Shown in pieces: positions 31,976 to 46,840 of a DNA stretch of 64,000 nucleotides (the first letter of the stretch is position 1; each line of letters starts with the position of its first letter). The stretch comes from Amoebidium appalachense. Lineage: Eukaryota; Protista; Ichthyosporea. The notes under the pieces were generated by a model, which was not told the DNA's origin, did no database searches, and saw nothing but the letters and a program-made list of their open reading frames with translations. The translations under genes were made by a program, and so were the position numbers. The stretch is taken from the NCBI GenBank assembly GCA_963693365.1, contig CAVNZM010000001.1:3612907-3676906 (forward strand), written 5' to 3'.

Positions 31976-33708
31976 ATGGCTCAACTTTTGTTACAAAGGG
32001 CCTTTGGTGGCTATGGCCGCATGGTCTCCAGGCGGCCAGCCGAATTCATCTTTTTGAGCGTTTTGACAGTTCTTATAGCAACCACCCCCTTTTGGGATTT
32101 TACTTTCAGGCAACAATCAAGACCGGTTAGGCTCTGGGCAAGCCCACCAGCACCCAAATTGCACGGAAACGTATGGCTACAGAGCGTCACGTTTAGCAGC
32201 GATGACATAGTGAGCAAGGAGGGCTTTCAGAAGATCTTTGACTTTCAAGCACAGCTGGAAGACGCCGTGGTTGTGGTCGATGGGAAGGGGCTTGCTGTCG
32301 TTGATGTTTGCGTAAAGAACGACGGAAACGCCTCCGAGCCCTCCACGGGCAACGTGATTAAGTGCTTCTCGAAGACACCCCTGCAGTTGTGGGGCATGAA
32401 CATGGATTCTTTTGCTCAGGAAAAGGACGTGCGTGCTGCGATTCGTGCAGCCGGAGCCACGGAACGGGAACTTGCGTTTGGTTCTGGTGTGCCCGTAGGT
32501 GATGGTGAGGGGATCAAGAACATTACCATCACATACCTCTTGACAAGCGAAATGGCGGCGTCTCATGTTTGGCCCTTGGCCCTAGAAGCGGCCTTGAGTG
32601 CATCGTCGTGGGTGAAGAGATCTCAAAACAGCGGGAGCCCTACAAAGGTCTACTACTGGGAAGAGGTAATTAAAGTGTTCTAATCGTTCTGGAGGGTAGT
32701 GGGTTGGGTGTGGCGATGGTGGTTGGGAAGCTTGGTAAAATAGAAGCCTAGGGATGGTGGTGGTGGTAGTGGGGGGGCCATGGGGAGAAAACACTGGGGG
32801 GGAAGGGGCGGGGGGGGGGGGGGGGGGGGGGGGGGGAAGGGGAGGTATTACTTTACCAGTTGTTCGTCCTCCCCCTTTGTCCCTCAGCTTGTTTCGTAAT
32901 ACTGCACCTTCCCCCTCCCCTCCCCCCCCCCCCCCCTCTCTCTCCCCCCTCTTTCCCCCTCCGCCCCCCAACACACACACCTGCCCATGCTACTATAACG
33001 TGTGTTATTGCATATGTAAGACTATTGCTGGTGTTTTTATGTTTGTGCCTGCATTGGGGGCTTTTGCAGGGGGGGGGGGGGGGGGGGGGGGACTCTGGTT
33101 TGAGAAGATGCCTGTGAGAGGGTTTCCAGGCAAGGGGGCTTTGGAGGTGATGGGGGTATGTGTGTTTGTGTGTGTGTGTTTGGGGGAGGGGGGGGGGGGG
33201 TGTTTCTGTTCTTAGGGTGAATGTAAGTGGAAGGTTGTTGGGCAAGGAGTTGACCCTTTTGGGGGGGTTTTTGCTGGTGCCAACGTTGTAAGGGTGATCT
33301 CCATTTGTTGCCACATTTGCACAGAAGTTGTGTGTGTATGTGTGTTTTTTTTTTCCCTGTGTTTGGGTGTGGGTGGGTGGGTGGGGGGGGGGGGGGGGGG
33401 GGGGAGGGGGGGGGGGGGGGGGGGGGGCAATAAGTGAATAATGGGTCTGAACTGGACCTGGGCACAGGGTGCTAGTAAGTGTGCCTGTGTTTTCGTTACC
33501 ATAATGTGGTAGGCTTACTGTGTATTGCGCTCCTACCGTGTGCACTGTTTATTCGGCTTGGTTGCAAGTACTGACGTCACTTCCTCCCTCCTCATTTCTA
33601 CCCATCTCCCTTCTTCACTCACTTCATTCTCTGCCACCTCCCCTTTTATATCTCTTCATTCCCTTTACCATCTCTCTGCGTTCATCCTTGCTGCCTTGCA
33701 CTTCTTCT

Positions 33709-33764
<56 letters not shown>

Positions 33765-35283
33765 ACCAACCCACTCACCCCCAACTTCCCCCTCCACCTG
33801 TCTGCCCCCCCCCCTCTCCCCCCCCCTCCTCCCCCGCCCCTTCCTCTTTTCCCCCCGCCCCAAACACACACACACACACACACAAACACACGTACACTTA
33901 CACGTACACTTAAACGTACGCTCTTTGACACACGCATATCCGATAAGAAAATCAAGAGCTCCGAGGTGTTGATTCTGGGGGTGCTGAACACGGTGACTGT
34001 GCTGTACGTCTACGTGACTTTCCGTAAGATGCATCGACTGGGGTCCAAATACGTCCTGGGTGTGGCCGGGCTGTTCACTATGACGGGGTCTTTCTTCGTC
34101 ACAATCGGAATTTTCAATGCCCTTTCCGTGCCACTGACCCTCGTTGTCAGGTGCGATTTCTCTGTATTTGGCGTGTGTGTGCGCCTGTGCCTGTGTGTGT
34201 ATGTGTGTGTGTATGTGTGTGTTTTAGAGAGATCGCAGGGACGGGGGTTTGGTGTGTGTGTGTGTTTGAGGGGAGAAGGGGGGGGGGGGGGGGGGGGGGG
34301 GCGCGGAGGACGAAGGGGACGTGTGTGTGGGGGGAGGGGGGAGGGGGGAGGGGATGGCATCCGAGTATGTGTTGAGAGTGTTCGGATGATGGTGGTGAAT
34401 CAGCGTTGTTTGTGGTATCAGCACGTGTTGCCTTATATAAGGATCATGGGTGTTTATATACTTTCAGTATGCTGTTGCGCATACGTGCCAACCTGCACGG
34501 GAAGGGTGTGTGTGGAGGAAGTGGTGGTGTGGGCGGGGAAGGGGTGTGTGTGGGGGGTAAAGGGGGGGGGGGGAAGGTTTGAGAGAGGGTGAGTGGGAGG
34601 ACAGTCCGTTTGGAATAAGTACACAAGTACGAAAGTTGGAACCCGTGACCGGGTCTTCCATTTCCCTCTATCTGCATGTTTTTTGTTTATTCGTTTCACA
34701 TATGCGCATTGCATAATGCGTCATGGGGCCTTGTACCGTGCACCGGTCAACTCTTTCTACCACCTAACATCCCTTTTTTGCAGTGAGGTGATTCCGTTCC
34801 TGTACATTCTGATCAGCCTAGAGAATGCATTCATGCTGTCCAAGTATGCAACCTATGAGTCACTCCGCTACATGCGCAGCGCCAAGGCCTCCCAGGACAC
34901 AGACGTATGTGTATGTGGCACCGTGTCCCTCCGGCCCCACCACCATCACCACGTACCACACTCGCACACATCCGCGCACGCACGCACGCATGCACATGGT
35001 CATGCCCTGGCTGTCTCGCGCTCGTACGCGCGAGCACACACACACACGAACACCAACAAACACACACACACACTCTCGCTTGGTGCACGCACACTTAATT
35101 AAACAGTGTCTGGCTTGTTTGTCTTGCAGGAGATGGATGGATGGAAAGCTGGGTACCGTGGATGCCCCCTCCCTCCCCCCTCCCCCCCACCCCCACTCCC
35201 ACCCCGGGAGGACAGGCATCCCTTACGTTGCCTGGTGTCCCCTCCCTCCTTCCCCCCCCCCCCCCTCCCTCTCTCTCTCTCTC

Positions 35284-35351
<68 letters not shown>

Positions 35352-37867
35352 ACACACCACCACCACCACCAACATCACCACCACCACAAAAGGATAGGAA
35401 TCCCTCGCGCTGACTGATGCTTTTATTATTATATATTTGCACTTCAGAACGCCTTGTCCGTCGTAATTTTGCACCGTATACCGTGTATCGTGAACCCCCC
35501 TCCCCCCCTCTCCCCCCCCAAAAAGCCCAAACCCCTAAGCAGGACAATGGGGACTTATTTCCTCTGTCCCACCCTCTCCTTATCTGTCCTTCACTCCTTC
35601 CCATCCCCCCCCCCCCCCCCCCCCCCCTTCCCCTCTTCCCCTCTTCTCCTTTCTTTCCCAGCCGCGCGCATAAAAGGCGAAGAAAAAGACAAAAGTATCC
35701 TCCTATGAAAGCAAGTACTGACGCAGCTCCACCCCTAGCCCGATGCCAGTGACTTTGTTGGGTCTGGGCTTGCTGCCTGTGGGCCGACCATTACCGTGGA
35801 TGTGCTCTTCAAGCTCAGCATCCTGATGGCTGGCTCAATGACAGGTGCTAAACCCCCCCCCCCCCCCCCCCCCCGGTGAATAGGTCGAAACTCGGGTACT
35901 GTGGATGACGTGGGCCCCCCCTGAGGATGGGCTCTGCTTATTATGCATGCTCTTTATGTATGGCTTGCATTCTGCATCGTGTTATCCGTTTGTTCTTGTG
36001 TACTTCGTACTTTATGACGCATTCAAACCCCCTCCCCCCCCCCCCCCCCCCCCCCCCCCCCCACCCCCACCACCACCACCACCACCACCACCCCCCTGCC
36101 CCCTTTTTGATGCCTCCTCCTCCATAGGTCCAACCCTCTAATGCGTAAACCCCCCCCCCCCCCCCCCCCCCCCTTCCCCTTCCCCTCCTTCTCCCCCCGT
36201 GGCACTTCCAATTCTGCTTCCGTTTCCTTTGCCTATGTGTTCGTTTTCTTTCCTTGTTGCTCTCACTCTTTGTTTCCTAACTCCCTCGAGCTGTGTGAGA
36301 GATACGTTCGTGACTGCATACTTGTACAGACCAAGGCACACATGGACATGCACACACACCTACACATGCACTCATGCACACATTATTACACACGCACACG
36401 AAAGCGCATGCGCGCGCAGGCACATGCATACATGCATGTACGCACGCACCTCAAACACACATACACACACTAGTCACACCTCAATGTATGTTTTTTTTCC
36501 CTTCGTGTGTGTGTGTGTGTTGCAGTTTCTTGTGGATGCCCGCGTGTGCTTTTCCAATGGATTGTTCTTGAGCCTTACTCTACGGTTACTCATTGCGTCT
36601 TACCCTACGGTTACTCATTGCTTTGTGCTTATGTAAGCTATATGCCACCCTCGATGTGTGCACACATACACTTACACGATGTATTCCCGAATATAGGCAC
36701 TGGTATGCCCAATGAATATTAACACCAAAGAGCACGTGCCCCCACATAATCGTGGTACGGCTTGCAGGCGCCCTAGCAAAGGGACGCGCGCGCGCGAGTA
36801 CCAATACACATACAACACATACACAATACACCCCTGCATCTGCACACTCTCTCTACAGCCCCCACAGAGAAGAAGCACTTCGGGTCTTCTTGTCTTGTTT
36901 TACCTATCTGGACTGATTTCCAACACTAGGAAAACTATATACGTGCCACCACTAACATTGGCTTTTCTTTTTTTCTTTTTTTCTTTTTGCGTGTACCCTT
37001 GTGCCTGTATGTGTGTGCTCGTGCGTGTGTGCTTGTGTCGGTGTTAATGCATGTCCCTTGTGGTGTGCTCCGTGTGGATGTGTGTGGCGTGGGCAGATGT
37101 GTGTTGGTCTCTCCATCCCTCCCTCCCTCCCCGCCGCCGTCCTTCCTCTGTCTTTCACCCATTGTGTCTTTCCCTCTCTCCCTCTGTGTATGCGTGTTTA
37201 CATTCCCCTCCCTCGTCTCTGTGTCTGCTATGTGTGTGGGTGCACAGGGGTCAAGGTTCTTGAGCAGATCTCCCTGTTTGCTGCTGTGTCGCTAGTGGCC
37301 GAGTATGCCCTGTTCCTGACCTTCTTCGTGCCGGTGCTGGCACTCAAACTGGAGCATTCACGTCTGGTCATGCAGCAGCCATCAAGGGCTGCTACAAAGG
37401 TGGGTAGATGACAGGCCATGTACGTGCACGTTCTGCACGAGGTGCACACACACCGCATCACACTTGAGTATATTCGGAATGTGTTCGTATTCATGTACAT
37501 GCATGCGTGTTTGTGAGCGTGCATGTGGGGATGTGTGTGCACGGTGGTGTGTGTGTGTGTGTGTGTGTGTGGTTGCATGCCACACAAGGAGTTGGTGAGA
37601 ACCGTAGGACAGACCAGCATGCACGACCTACACACACCCACGTTTGCACTTGAACAGTGGTGCATGGCTTGGGCTTCCTAACATACAACAGTCGTGTTAC
37701 CATGATGGTTTTGTTGATATCCGTTTTGTCCTCCCTTTCTTCACAGCACAACCCCATCCTTCGCCAACCAAACTGCGGCACGTGCACACACACATGTACA
37801 CACACACACACGCACACACACACGCACACACACACACGTACACGTACACGTACACCTACCCCCCCCC

Positions 37868-37898
<31 letters not shown>

Positions 37899-37973
37899 AT
37901 AAACACACCCTGCCTCACCCCCTCCCTCCCCAGCCCCCCCCCCCCACACACACACACACGTACACGTACATCT

Positions 37974-38013
<40 letters not shown>

Positions 38014-38070
38014 ACACACACACAGACACATAAACGCACCCTGCCTCCCCCCTCCTCCCCCAGCCCCCCC

Positions 38071-38101
<31 letters not shown>

Positions 38102-38167
38102 ACGTACACCCCTCTCCCCCCTCCCTCCCCCCCCCATCTTTCACACACACACACATACACACATACA

Positions 38168-38245
<78 letters not shown>

Positions 38246-38644
38246 GCCCTGCCAAAGGCATGGGTTCTCTTCAGCACCTCTACTCGTGCCTTGCCCAGCA
38301 ACAGGAGTCTGAACCTCCCCGTGACGGCCCTGAGATCGACACGATGAAAGTTGTCGCCATAATTGTTCTCCTTCTCTTCTCCTTCACCTCCCCGATGCTC
38401 CGTAACCCGCGCGCATCTCAAACCCAACCGCTTCCTGAGGTTCTTCGCTCTCACCCAGCCCTCCAGGACTATTCCACGTTTAGTTTGGGTGGGGGTGTGT
38501 CGTCGCCCTTGCACTTGCAGGTTTGCGCAACGGCTGAGGAATGTACTGTGCGCCCACTGACTGTGTTGGACTACTGCCATGAGATTGTGGGGCATGAGGT
38601 GTGCACTGGACTGGAGGGCACCGTCATTGGCGCTGTAGAGGCGG

Positions 38645-38705
<61 letters not shown>

Positions 38706-39009
38706 GCCCGAAGGCCCGGGAAGGAGGGCGGGGGGGTTCGAGTGATATGTGGGGAATTGAGAGGGAATGGGGGGGGGGGGGGGGGGGTGCAAGTTATGGT
38801 ATGTGTTGCTGTTATCCGGCGGTGCGTGCTTTTTTTGTGTTTGTGTCTGATTGGTGGCGATGTTGTGTGTTTTGTGTCTTGTGTGTGGGCGGGGCAGGGA
38901 AAGGAGGGGGGGGGGGGGGGGGGGGGGGGGGACATGCCATACACGCCGGCGCACACACACATGCCGACACAAGCACACACACACACACTGCCCCCACATC
39001 ATATACACG

Positions 39010-39081
<72 letters not shown>

Positions 39082-39555
39082 GGGAAGGGGGAGAGGGGAG
39101 AGGGGAGAAGGGGAGAAGGGGAGGGACAGAGCAACCCCACGCCCATGCACACACAACGCCACTGACCCAAACCAAGTACACCATCACCTTGCAAACTTTT
39201 CATGATGTTGTCCGTTGTCGTGAATGTATACTCCATCCTCTGTTGACTCATTTTAACCCCGCTTGCCCCACAGCAAGCAGTGGTGATGTACGTTGTTCTC
39301 CTCTCTGCCCTTGTCGTTGGCAAGTACGTTTTTCTGGACACGGTGGGGCCCCTCTCCGCCTCTGCACCCACCACCCCTCGTGGAAGCTCTGGTGCACTCA
39401 GCAAGATGGATGAGAAGGAAAACAAGACAGGCAGCACCAACGGGGCAAATGCAACGGCTGACGGGTATGGTGTATGTGTTATGTTCTTTTTTGTGTTTGC
39501 TTGAATATGCTCGTGTTCTGGGGCATGTGTGGGCTTTATGTGGATGGGTGGGTGT

Positions 39556-39591
<36 letters not shown>

Positions 39592-40041
39592 CTTTGCGAT
39601 GTAAGCGCGGGGGATACATTGTCTCTTGGTTCTGATGTATGGGCATGTACAGGTGTGTGCCTCCGTGTGCTTGCCAAAATTGGGTGGCCCAGACATGCGT
39701 CTGCACGTGTATGCGCACACAGGCACACGTATTACATTTACAAACACACACGTGTCGGCAGGCACAAATGTAAAAATAAAGTGTCACTTTTATTATCTTG
39801 TTTTGTCCATTACTGTGTTTTGTCTTTTCTCTCAGCTCACAAAACACATCTTTTTTTGCAGCAGAAAGACGAAGGGAGAGGCCACTGAAAATGGCACCCA
39901 CCGACCCACCTTTACCATGGGGGAGGAGAACGAGAGCCCGAGCATGACTCCTAGCTCCAGGTACCCCCTCCCCCCCCCCCCCCCCCCCCTCCCCCCCCCC
40001 CCCCCCCTGTCCCTCTCTCCCTACCCCTCCACCCTCCACCT

Positions 40042-40073
<32 letters not shown>

Positions 40074-40693
40074 CCCCAGGGTCAGTGTCTGCTCTATGCT
40101 TTCCCTTTGCTTTATCATTTGGCTCCCTCCTCTCCCTGCCTCCTTCCCTCGCGCACTCGCAGTTTAAAACGTTCGTTTCCCGTATACTCGTCTTTTTCAC
40201 TCTCTCTCTCTCTCTCCACACTGTAATCTGTAAGCTGCACGTGCTCTACTCCCCCCCACCCTTCCAAATGCACACACACAGACACAGACACGTGCATATT
40301 CATGTGCGCACACGCACGTTTGGAAAGCATAACATGTGTCCATGATCAAGCATCGTGGCCCACCTTCACACGTGCTTGCGCTTACATCTCCAGAAGCAAA
40401 GGTTATATAATCAGGAGCAAATCTGGTAGGGGGAGTGAGGGGCAAACAACCAGTCTGTGGTGTTGCACAACAATTTACTCGTTTGTACTCGCTTGAATGC
40501 GCACGGCACAAGCGCATGCAATGCAAAGGGCAAATGCTCTAAAATGGTAAAATGTGTAAAAATGAACGACCAATCCGCTTGCAGCTCTGCCGACATGTCT
40601 GAGCTCCCGTCCAATGCCACCTCATCTACCAATGTCGACACTCCCGCTGTTGAAGGTATGTGTGTGCTTGCGTGCGTGCGTGCGTGCGTGGTG

Positions 40694-40768
<75 letters not shown>

Positions 40769-40974
40769 TGTGGGCGGGTTGGCAGGCAGCAAGGCGGGCA
40801 CTGAGTCGGACGGGCTGTTTTGTGTGTGTGTTGTGTGTTGTGTGTTGTGTGTGTGCGCGCGTCAACTTTTCCATCCCCCCCCCCCCCCCCCCACCACCAC
40901 CACCACCACCACCACCACCACACACACACATGCGCGGTGCACCACCACCACCACCACCACCACACACGCACATG

Positions 40975-41011
<37 letters not shown>

Positions 41012-41329
41012 ATGCACAAGCAAGTGCCTCCCGTCGTCCCCATAAATCTACCATTTTCTGGCAAGCACACACGCATATACACCAATCCGTTCACCGTCAG
41101 TCCGTTGAACATCTGCACGTGCTCGCATAGGCTACGTGCTTTTACCCGTGGGCTTTCGTACACACACACACTCACGCGCAAAGCCAGTGACAGCACATTG
41201 CACATCTTCTTTGGGCCTTCGAGGATTGGTTCTGGCTAATTTGCACGTTATCTGACTTTGTGTCTTTCTTGCATGTTTGCGCTAGCTAGATGTAGTTATC
41301 GTACCTTGTACTGTGAATTATATTCCCAC

Positions 41330-41361
<32 letters not shown>

Positions 41362-42463
41362 TTCTCCCATGCACACTTTGGCCGGCTCCCGAACACACAG
41401 GCACACATACACACTACACATGTGCACAACTATCGTGCCTGCACACTTGTGCGCGTGCACACACTTTCACATACAAATACACACACACACACACAAACAC
41501 GACTGTGCCTTCCGTGTGTGCTTTTTCCTTAAATTTTCATTTAGCCCCTCAAGTCACACCCAATCTATGTCACCCACATTCAGTGTCCATGATTCCACTC
41601 TGTTTACTTCTACTAACCCTTTTTATTCCGCTCTTTTCCCTCAGATATTCCCACCGGTGCCCCCCGGCCACTACCCGAGATCGAGTCTATCTTCAAGTCT
41701 GAGGGTGCCAGCAAGCTGAGTGATGCGGAGGTTGTTGCATTGGTGAAGGCTGGAGTAGTGCCCCCGTACAACGTGGAGAAGGCATGCAATGGTATGATGC
41801 CCCAGCATGCATATACACACACAAGCGCGGATGCACACCCAAACACACATACACACATGCACGCACATGCACACAGGTGCACACGTTTTTCTTTTCACAC
41901 ACTTTTTTCCTTCGTTGTTCTGCACGTGCACGTACACACACACACACGTGTGAGCACTTTTTTTCGAGGTTGCCCCCACTTGTGGGAGTCGTGATGGCTT
42001 GGTGCTTCCTTGTTGCCTCTGTCGCATGCAAATCACCTCCTCCCCTCCTACCTTGTAATCCTTTACACCATCTCCATCCAATATCAAAACACAGACACCG
42101 AACATGCCAACTCTCCAACCACAGTAAACCAGGATACCCACATCTGATGTTTTTCTTTTTCTTCTTATTCTTTTTTTATTCCCCATATTCAGACTACACA
42201 CGTGGTGTGCGTATTCGGCGGCAACTAGTGACTGGGGAGATTGCAAGCAACGGGGTGTCTGGGTTCAACGCCGAGACCATGCTCAAGCTGCCATACATCG
42301 GAATGGACTATACGGAGGTGCTTGGTAAGAACTGCTACCTACAATGGCACTGCATGACACAACACTGTCACACACACACATTTGCACATTCGCGCACACA
42401 AACGTGCGTGCACGCGGTGCGCACACACACACACACACGAACACTTGGACATATACACAAAAG

Positions 42464-42514
<51 letters not shown>

Positions 42515-42745
42515 TAGGTGAGTGGTTGAGAAAGAGAACGGATGGAGTGTGGATTTCAGCGTCTGTACCTACACTAGTCTTTCCTCGTCCCCCCTTCTCC
42601 CCCCTCCCCCCCCCCCCCTCCCCCCCTCTTTCCCTCTAAACAGCAAATTAGGAAGCACACCAGGTAAAAAAAAGGGAAGAAAAGAAACAAAACAATAACC
42701 CCCCAAATCACCACCTGCCGCCCCGCCTCCCTCCCACTCCCACAT

Positions 42746-42777
<32 letters not shown>

Positions 42778-43013
42778 CCCTCCCCTTCGGACCAACCAAC
42801 CCCACATCAACCCTTCCATGCCTCTAACACCCCTTGTGTACTCCACCCTTCCCCTCCTCCCCTGCCTCCTCGCCCACCACGCATGCATCCCCCCCCCCCC
42901 CCCCCCCCCCCCCCCCTTCGTGTGTGGTTTGCAATCTGCATCGTGTTGTCCTGTGTTGTCCGTTATAAATGTGATCTTCATAACCTGTACCGCAATCTTA
43001 CCCCCCGTTTTCT

Positions 43014-43053
<40 letters not shown>

Positions 43054-43273
43054 AGGTGTGTGCTGTGAGAATGTGCTTGGTTTTATCCCCGTGCCTGTGG
43101 GGACTGTTGGGCCGATGCTTCTTGATGACGTCAAGGTCACCATCCCCATGGCCACGACTGAGGGTGCCCTGCTGGCCTCCACACACAGAGGATGCAAGGC
43201 TATTACCATGTCCGGCGGTGCTTCAAGGTGCGTGTTTTTTTCCTCTTTTTTTTTTTTTTTTCCCTGGGTAGGG

Positions 43274-43307
<34 letters not shown>

Positions 43308-43498
43308 TGGTGGTGGTGGTGGTGGGAGGATCCGGGTGTGTGTGTGGGGGGGGGGGGGGGGGGGGACTTTTGGCCTCAACCCGCACAGGATAAAAGCGCT
43401 ATTACCATGTATGGGCCACTTCAAGGTTCGTAGGTGGTGATTTTGGGAGGGCCGGGGGGTGTGGGGGGGGGGGGTTACAGGTGGTCGTGTGTGTGTGT

Positions 43499-43534
<36 letters not shown>

Positions 43535-43632
43535 CATGCTTTCCCCTCTTTCTCGGTGTAAGCCACAAGTAGCCAGCAACCAACCAATATTGGGGTTTTT
43601 TTTTGTTTTTTTTTTTGTGTACTGATGTATCT

Positions 43633-43684
<52 letters not shown>

Positions 43685-44557
43685 ACACACACACACAGCA
43701 TGGTTGTGCGTGAGGGTATGACCCGTGCGCCTGTGGCCCGCATGCCGTCAGCCAAGCGCTGTGCCGAGGTGAAGGCTTGGCTCGAACAGCCGGAGAACTA
43801 TGCAGCTATCAAGGAGGCATTCGAGAGCTCCAGGTATGCCTCATCCCTTCTTAGACACACACACATGCACAGACATGCACACATAGACACAGACGCCCGC
43901 GCACACACACACGCACACAAGCTCACAAGCACAAGTACACCCACACAGACAGACACGCGTACAAGAAGGGGGAGTGAAAAAGAATAAAGAAGAAATTATA
44001 GAATCAGGAAAAACCAGGAAAGAAGAAAAGAGAAGAGAAGGAAATGAAATCATAGAACAACTTCTAACCATCCCTCCTCCTCGTCCTCCTCCCCCCCTCC
44101 CCCCCTCCCTTCTTCTTTCCTCCGTCACGTATACAGCCGATTTGCCAAGCTCCAAAGTGTCGATGCCAAGGTCGCAGGGCGTCAAATCTACATCCGCTTT
44201 GTAACCCTGACAGGCGATGCCATGGGCATGAACATGATCTCAAAGGGCACGGAGAGAGCATTGTCCGCCTTAACCCTCGTGTTTCCCGATATGGAAGTAT
44301 TGGCTTTGAGCGGGAACTACTGCACTGATAAGAAGCCCGCGGCTGTGAATTGGATCGAGGGGAGAGGAAAGAGTGTAGTTGCCGAGGCGGTGATTAAGGG
44401 GGAGGTGGTGAAAAAGGTGTTGAAGACAACGGTGCAGGCACTGGTGGAGGTCAACATTGTGAAGGTGGGCGTGTGGATTGGTGTAGTATTGTCTTTGGTT
44501 ATTTTGTGTGGTTGTTTGGGTGGTGGGCTTGGTTTTTGTTTTTGCCCCCCCCCCCCC

Positions 44558-44589
<32 letters not shown>

Positions 44590-45091
44590 TTGGGGGGGGG
44601 GGGGGGTTGAGCTTAAAGATAGGGAAGGTGGTTTCGAAGGTGAGGAGAGGAGTACAAATGCTGGCAAGGTGTGTGTGTGTGTGTCTGTGTGCGTGTTTGT
44701 GTCTGTGCCTGCGCCTGTGCCTGTGTGTGTGCGTGTGTACACGTGTTTAGTTGTGATGTGGGTGGGTGGGTGGGTGGGTGGGTGTTTTGGGGGAGGGGGG
44801 GGGGGGTTTAGTTGGTCCAGATAACAATGACAGATTTGATATCTGGCTTAGGAGTCCGAGGAGGATGAGTGGGTGCTCCATATTGTGCTGCTTTGTGTAG
44901 CATTGGAATGATGGGGATTGAGTGGTGCTGGTAGGTAAGTGCATATAGCCTAATATGATGTGGCCCTGCAGAATCTGATTGGGTCAGCCATGGCCGGATC
45001 CATTGGTGGATTCAATGCGCATGCAGCAAACATCGTCACGGCCGTCTACATTGCTACCGGCCAGGATCCAGCTCAGGTGTGTGGACGCTCC

Positions 45092-45125
<34 letters not shown>

Positions 45126-45253
45126 TTTCTAGCGTATCTTTCTGAAAAGTGAAAGGTCGAAGGTTCCATCATTCCCTGGTCGATTTGTTGTCTTAAATTT
45201 TTTTGTGTGTCTTGTGATGTCCCGTGCATTTAGACTGCCCCACATCTCACTCG

Positions 45254-45316
<63 letters not shown>

Positions 45317-45440
45317 CGTGGAGTCCAGCACGTGCATCACCTTGATGGAGGCCATCAACGGGGGCCAGGACCTGCACATCTCATGCACCATGCCCTCGAT
45401 AGAGGTCGGCACAGTGGGTGGCGGCACACAGGTGAGATCT

Positions 45441-45476
<36 letters not shown>

Positions 45477-45859
45477 CCCCGCCCCGCTGCCAGTATCATC
45501 GTACATGGTACCATGTAGTACATTTAACGGCTATGTCGGCATTTCTCGATCGTGATGTAATATTAATTCCATGTCCGGACTTTTCTAAAACGAACATTAC
45601 ATATATGGAAACTACCAATCAGTGCGCTCAATTTTATCCGCTTCGGCTGGCCGTGAGCCACCATGTACGTGATCCGGTGACGTCATTCTCATTTTCGTTA
45701 CATCATCAATGACATCATGCAATTATGAACTACGTCATACCTACGTCATAATTGAGAAAGGCCGACATAGACCTTAAACCGTTCTTTTGGAAGGGTTGGG
45801 GGGGGGGGGGGGGGCCAAGTTTACGATAGAGGGCCCAACACTCACTGTCTTCAACGCGC

Positions 45860-45910
<51 letters not shown>

Positions 45911-46172
45911 CTGCCTGCCCAGTCCACGTGTCTGCGGATGATGGGCATCCAGGGACCCAACAGAGACATCCCGGGTGCAAATGCCCGCAGGCTCGCACAG
46001 GTAGAGCCCCCCCAATATGGATGATTATTGTACTACTGCAGCTAGTGATAAGAACGACAATGGTGGGATTGGTGATGGTGGTGGTGGTGGTGGTAATAGG
46101 TAATAGGCAGCAGTTTTGGCAAAGTAATGGTATAGGTATGACTCTAGACACTCCCCCCCCATCCCACCAACC

Positions 46173-46207
<35 letters not shown>

Positions 46208-46840
46208 ACACACGCGCACAACCACACACACCACCGCCACCATCACCACCACACGCACGCAAGAAAGCACATTCCAAAAATTCAATAGTTTCAACACACG
46301 GACACCAATTATCTTGTGGAGCTCTCCCACTTACTCTCTTGCTTTCTGTGCCTGTCTCTCTCTCTCTCCCTCCCTCCCTCTCTCCTTTCCTCCCTCCCTC
46401 TACTCTCTCTCTCTCTCTCTCTCTCTCGCTCTCTCCGTCTCTCTCCCTGCCTCTCTCCCCCTCTCCCCCTCTCCCCCTCTCCCTCCATCTCTCTCTCTCT
46501 TTTTCTCCCTTTCTCCCTTCCTTCCCCCCTCCTTCCCCCTCTCCCTTCCTCCCCTCCCCTCCCCCCCCCCCACCTCCTCTCTCTTTGCGCACGCAAACAC
46601 CCCCTCACACCCCCACGTCTCTCGCCCTCTCAGGTTGTGTGTGCTGCTGTGATGGCTGGAGAGCTCTCCCTGATGTCTGCCCTTGCTGCCGGCCATCTTG
46701 TCAAGAGTCATATGACCCATAATCGGTCCAGCGCAAACCTTGCTAGCGCTGCCGAAATAGCAGAGAAGGAGGAGAAATTCCGTAAATTGCGACAACAGTT
46801 GTCTCAGAGCTCATTGTCTCTGGCTGGCAACAAGAGTTAG
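31976..46840 (+). CDS. HMGCR: 3-hydroxy-3-methylglutaryl-CoA reductase (class I) with sterol-sensing domain; 18 exons, ~1155 aa
   Basis: Exons 31976-32665, 33948-34150 (acceptor tentative), 34784-34904, 35739-35844, 37248-37399, 38245-38646, 39274-39464, 39862-39960, 40585-40655, 41645-41791, 42193-42324, 43056-43227, 43699-43833, 44137-44464, 44972-45076, 45315-45431, 45911-46000, 46634-46840; phase-consistent (3468 nt). Motifs: [65 protein letters not shown]; [15 protein letters not shown]...SEVIPF. Confidence 0.97.
35875..35990 (+). repeat. Dispersed ~115-nt intronic element, copy 2 (HMGCR intron 4)
   Basis: Homologous to 11315-11430 and in the same sense orientation relative to its host transcript. 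Confidence 0.7.
45528..45773. mobile_element. TTAA-flanked MITE (Kolobok/piggyBac-type target site) in HMGCR intron 16
   Basis: TTAA|CGGCTATGTCGGCATTTCTC ... GAGAAAGGCCGACATAGACC|TTAA. Confidence 0.75.

Noticed and set aside
35883-35935. Intact hammerhead ribozyme
   Set aside because: Core words are present but stem I cannot be formed, and copy 1 has substitutions in both core motifs. Kept only as one hypothesis in the findings.
37657-37780. Possible additional hydrophobic HMGCR exon
   Set aside because: No phase-compatible splice pair was found, and the flanking exons join in frame without it.
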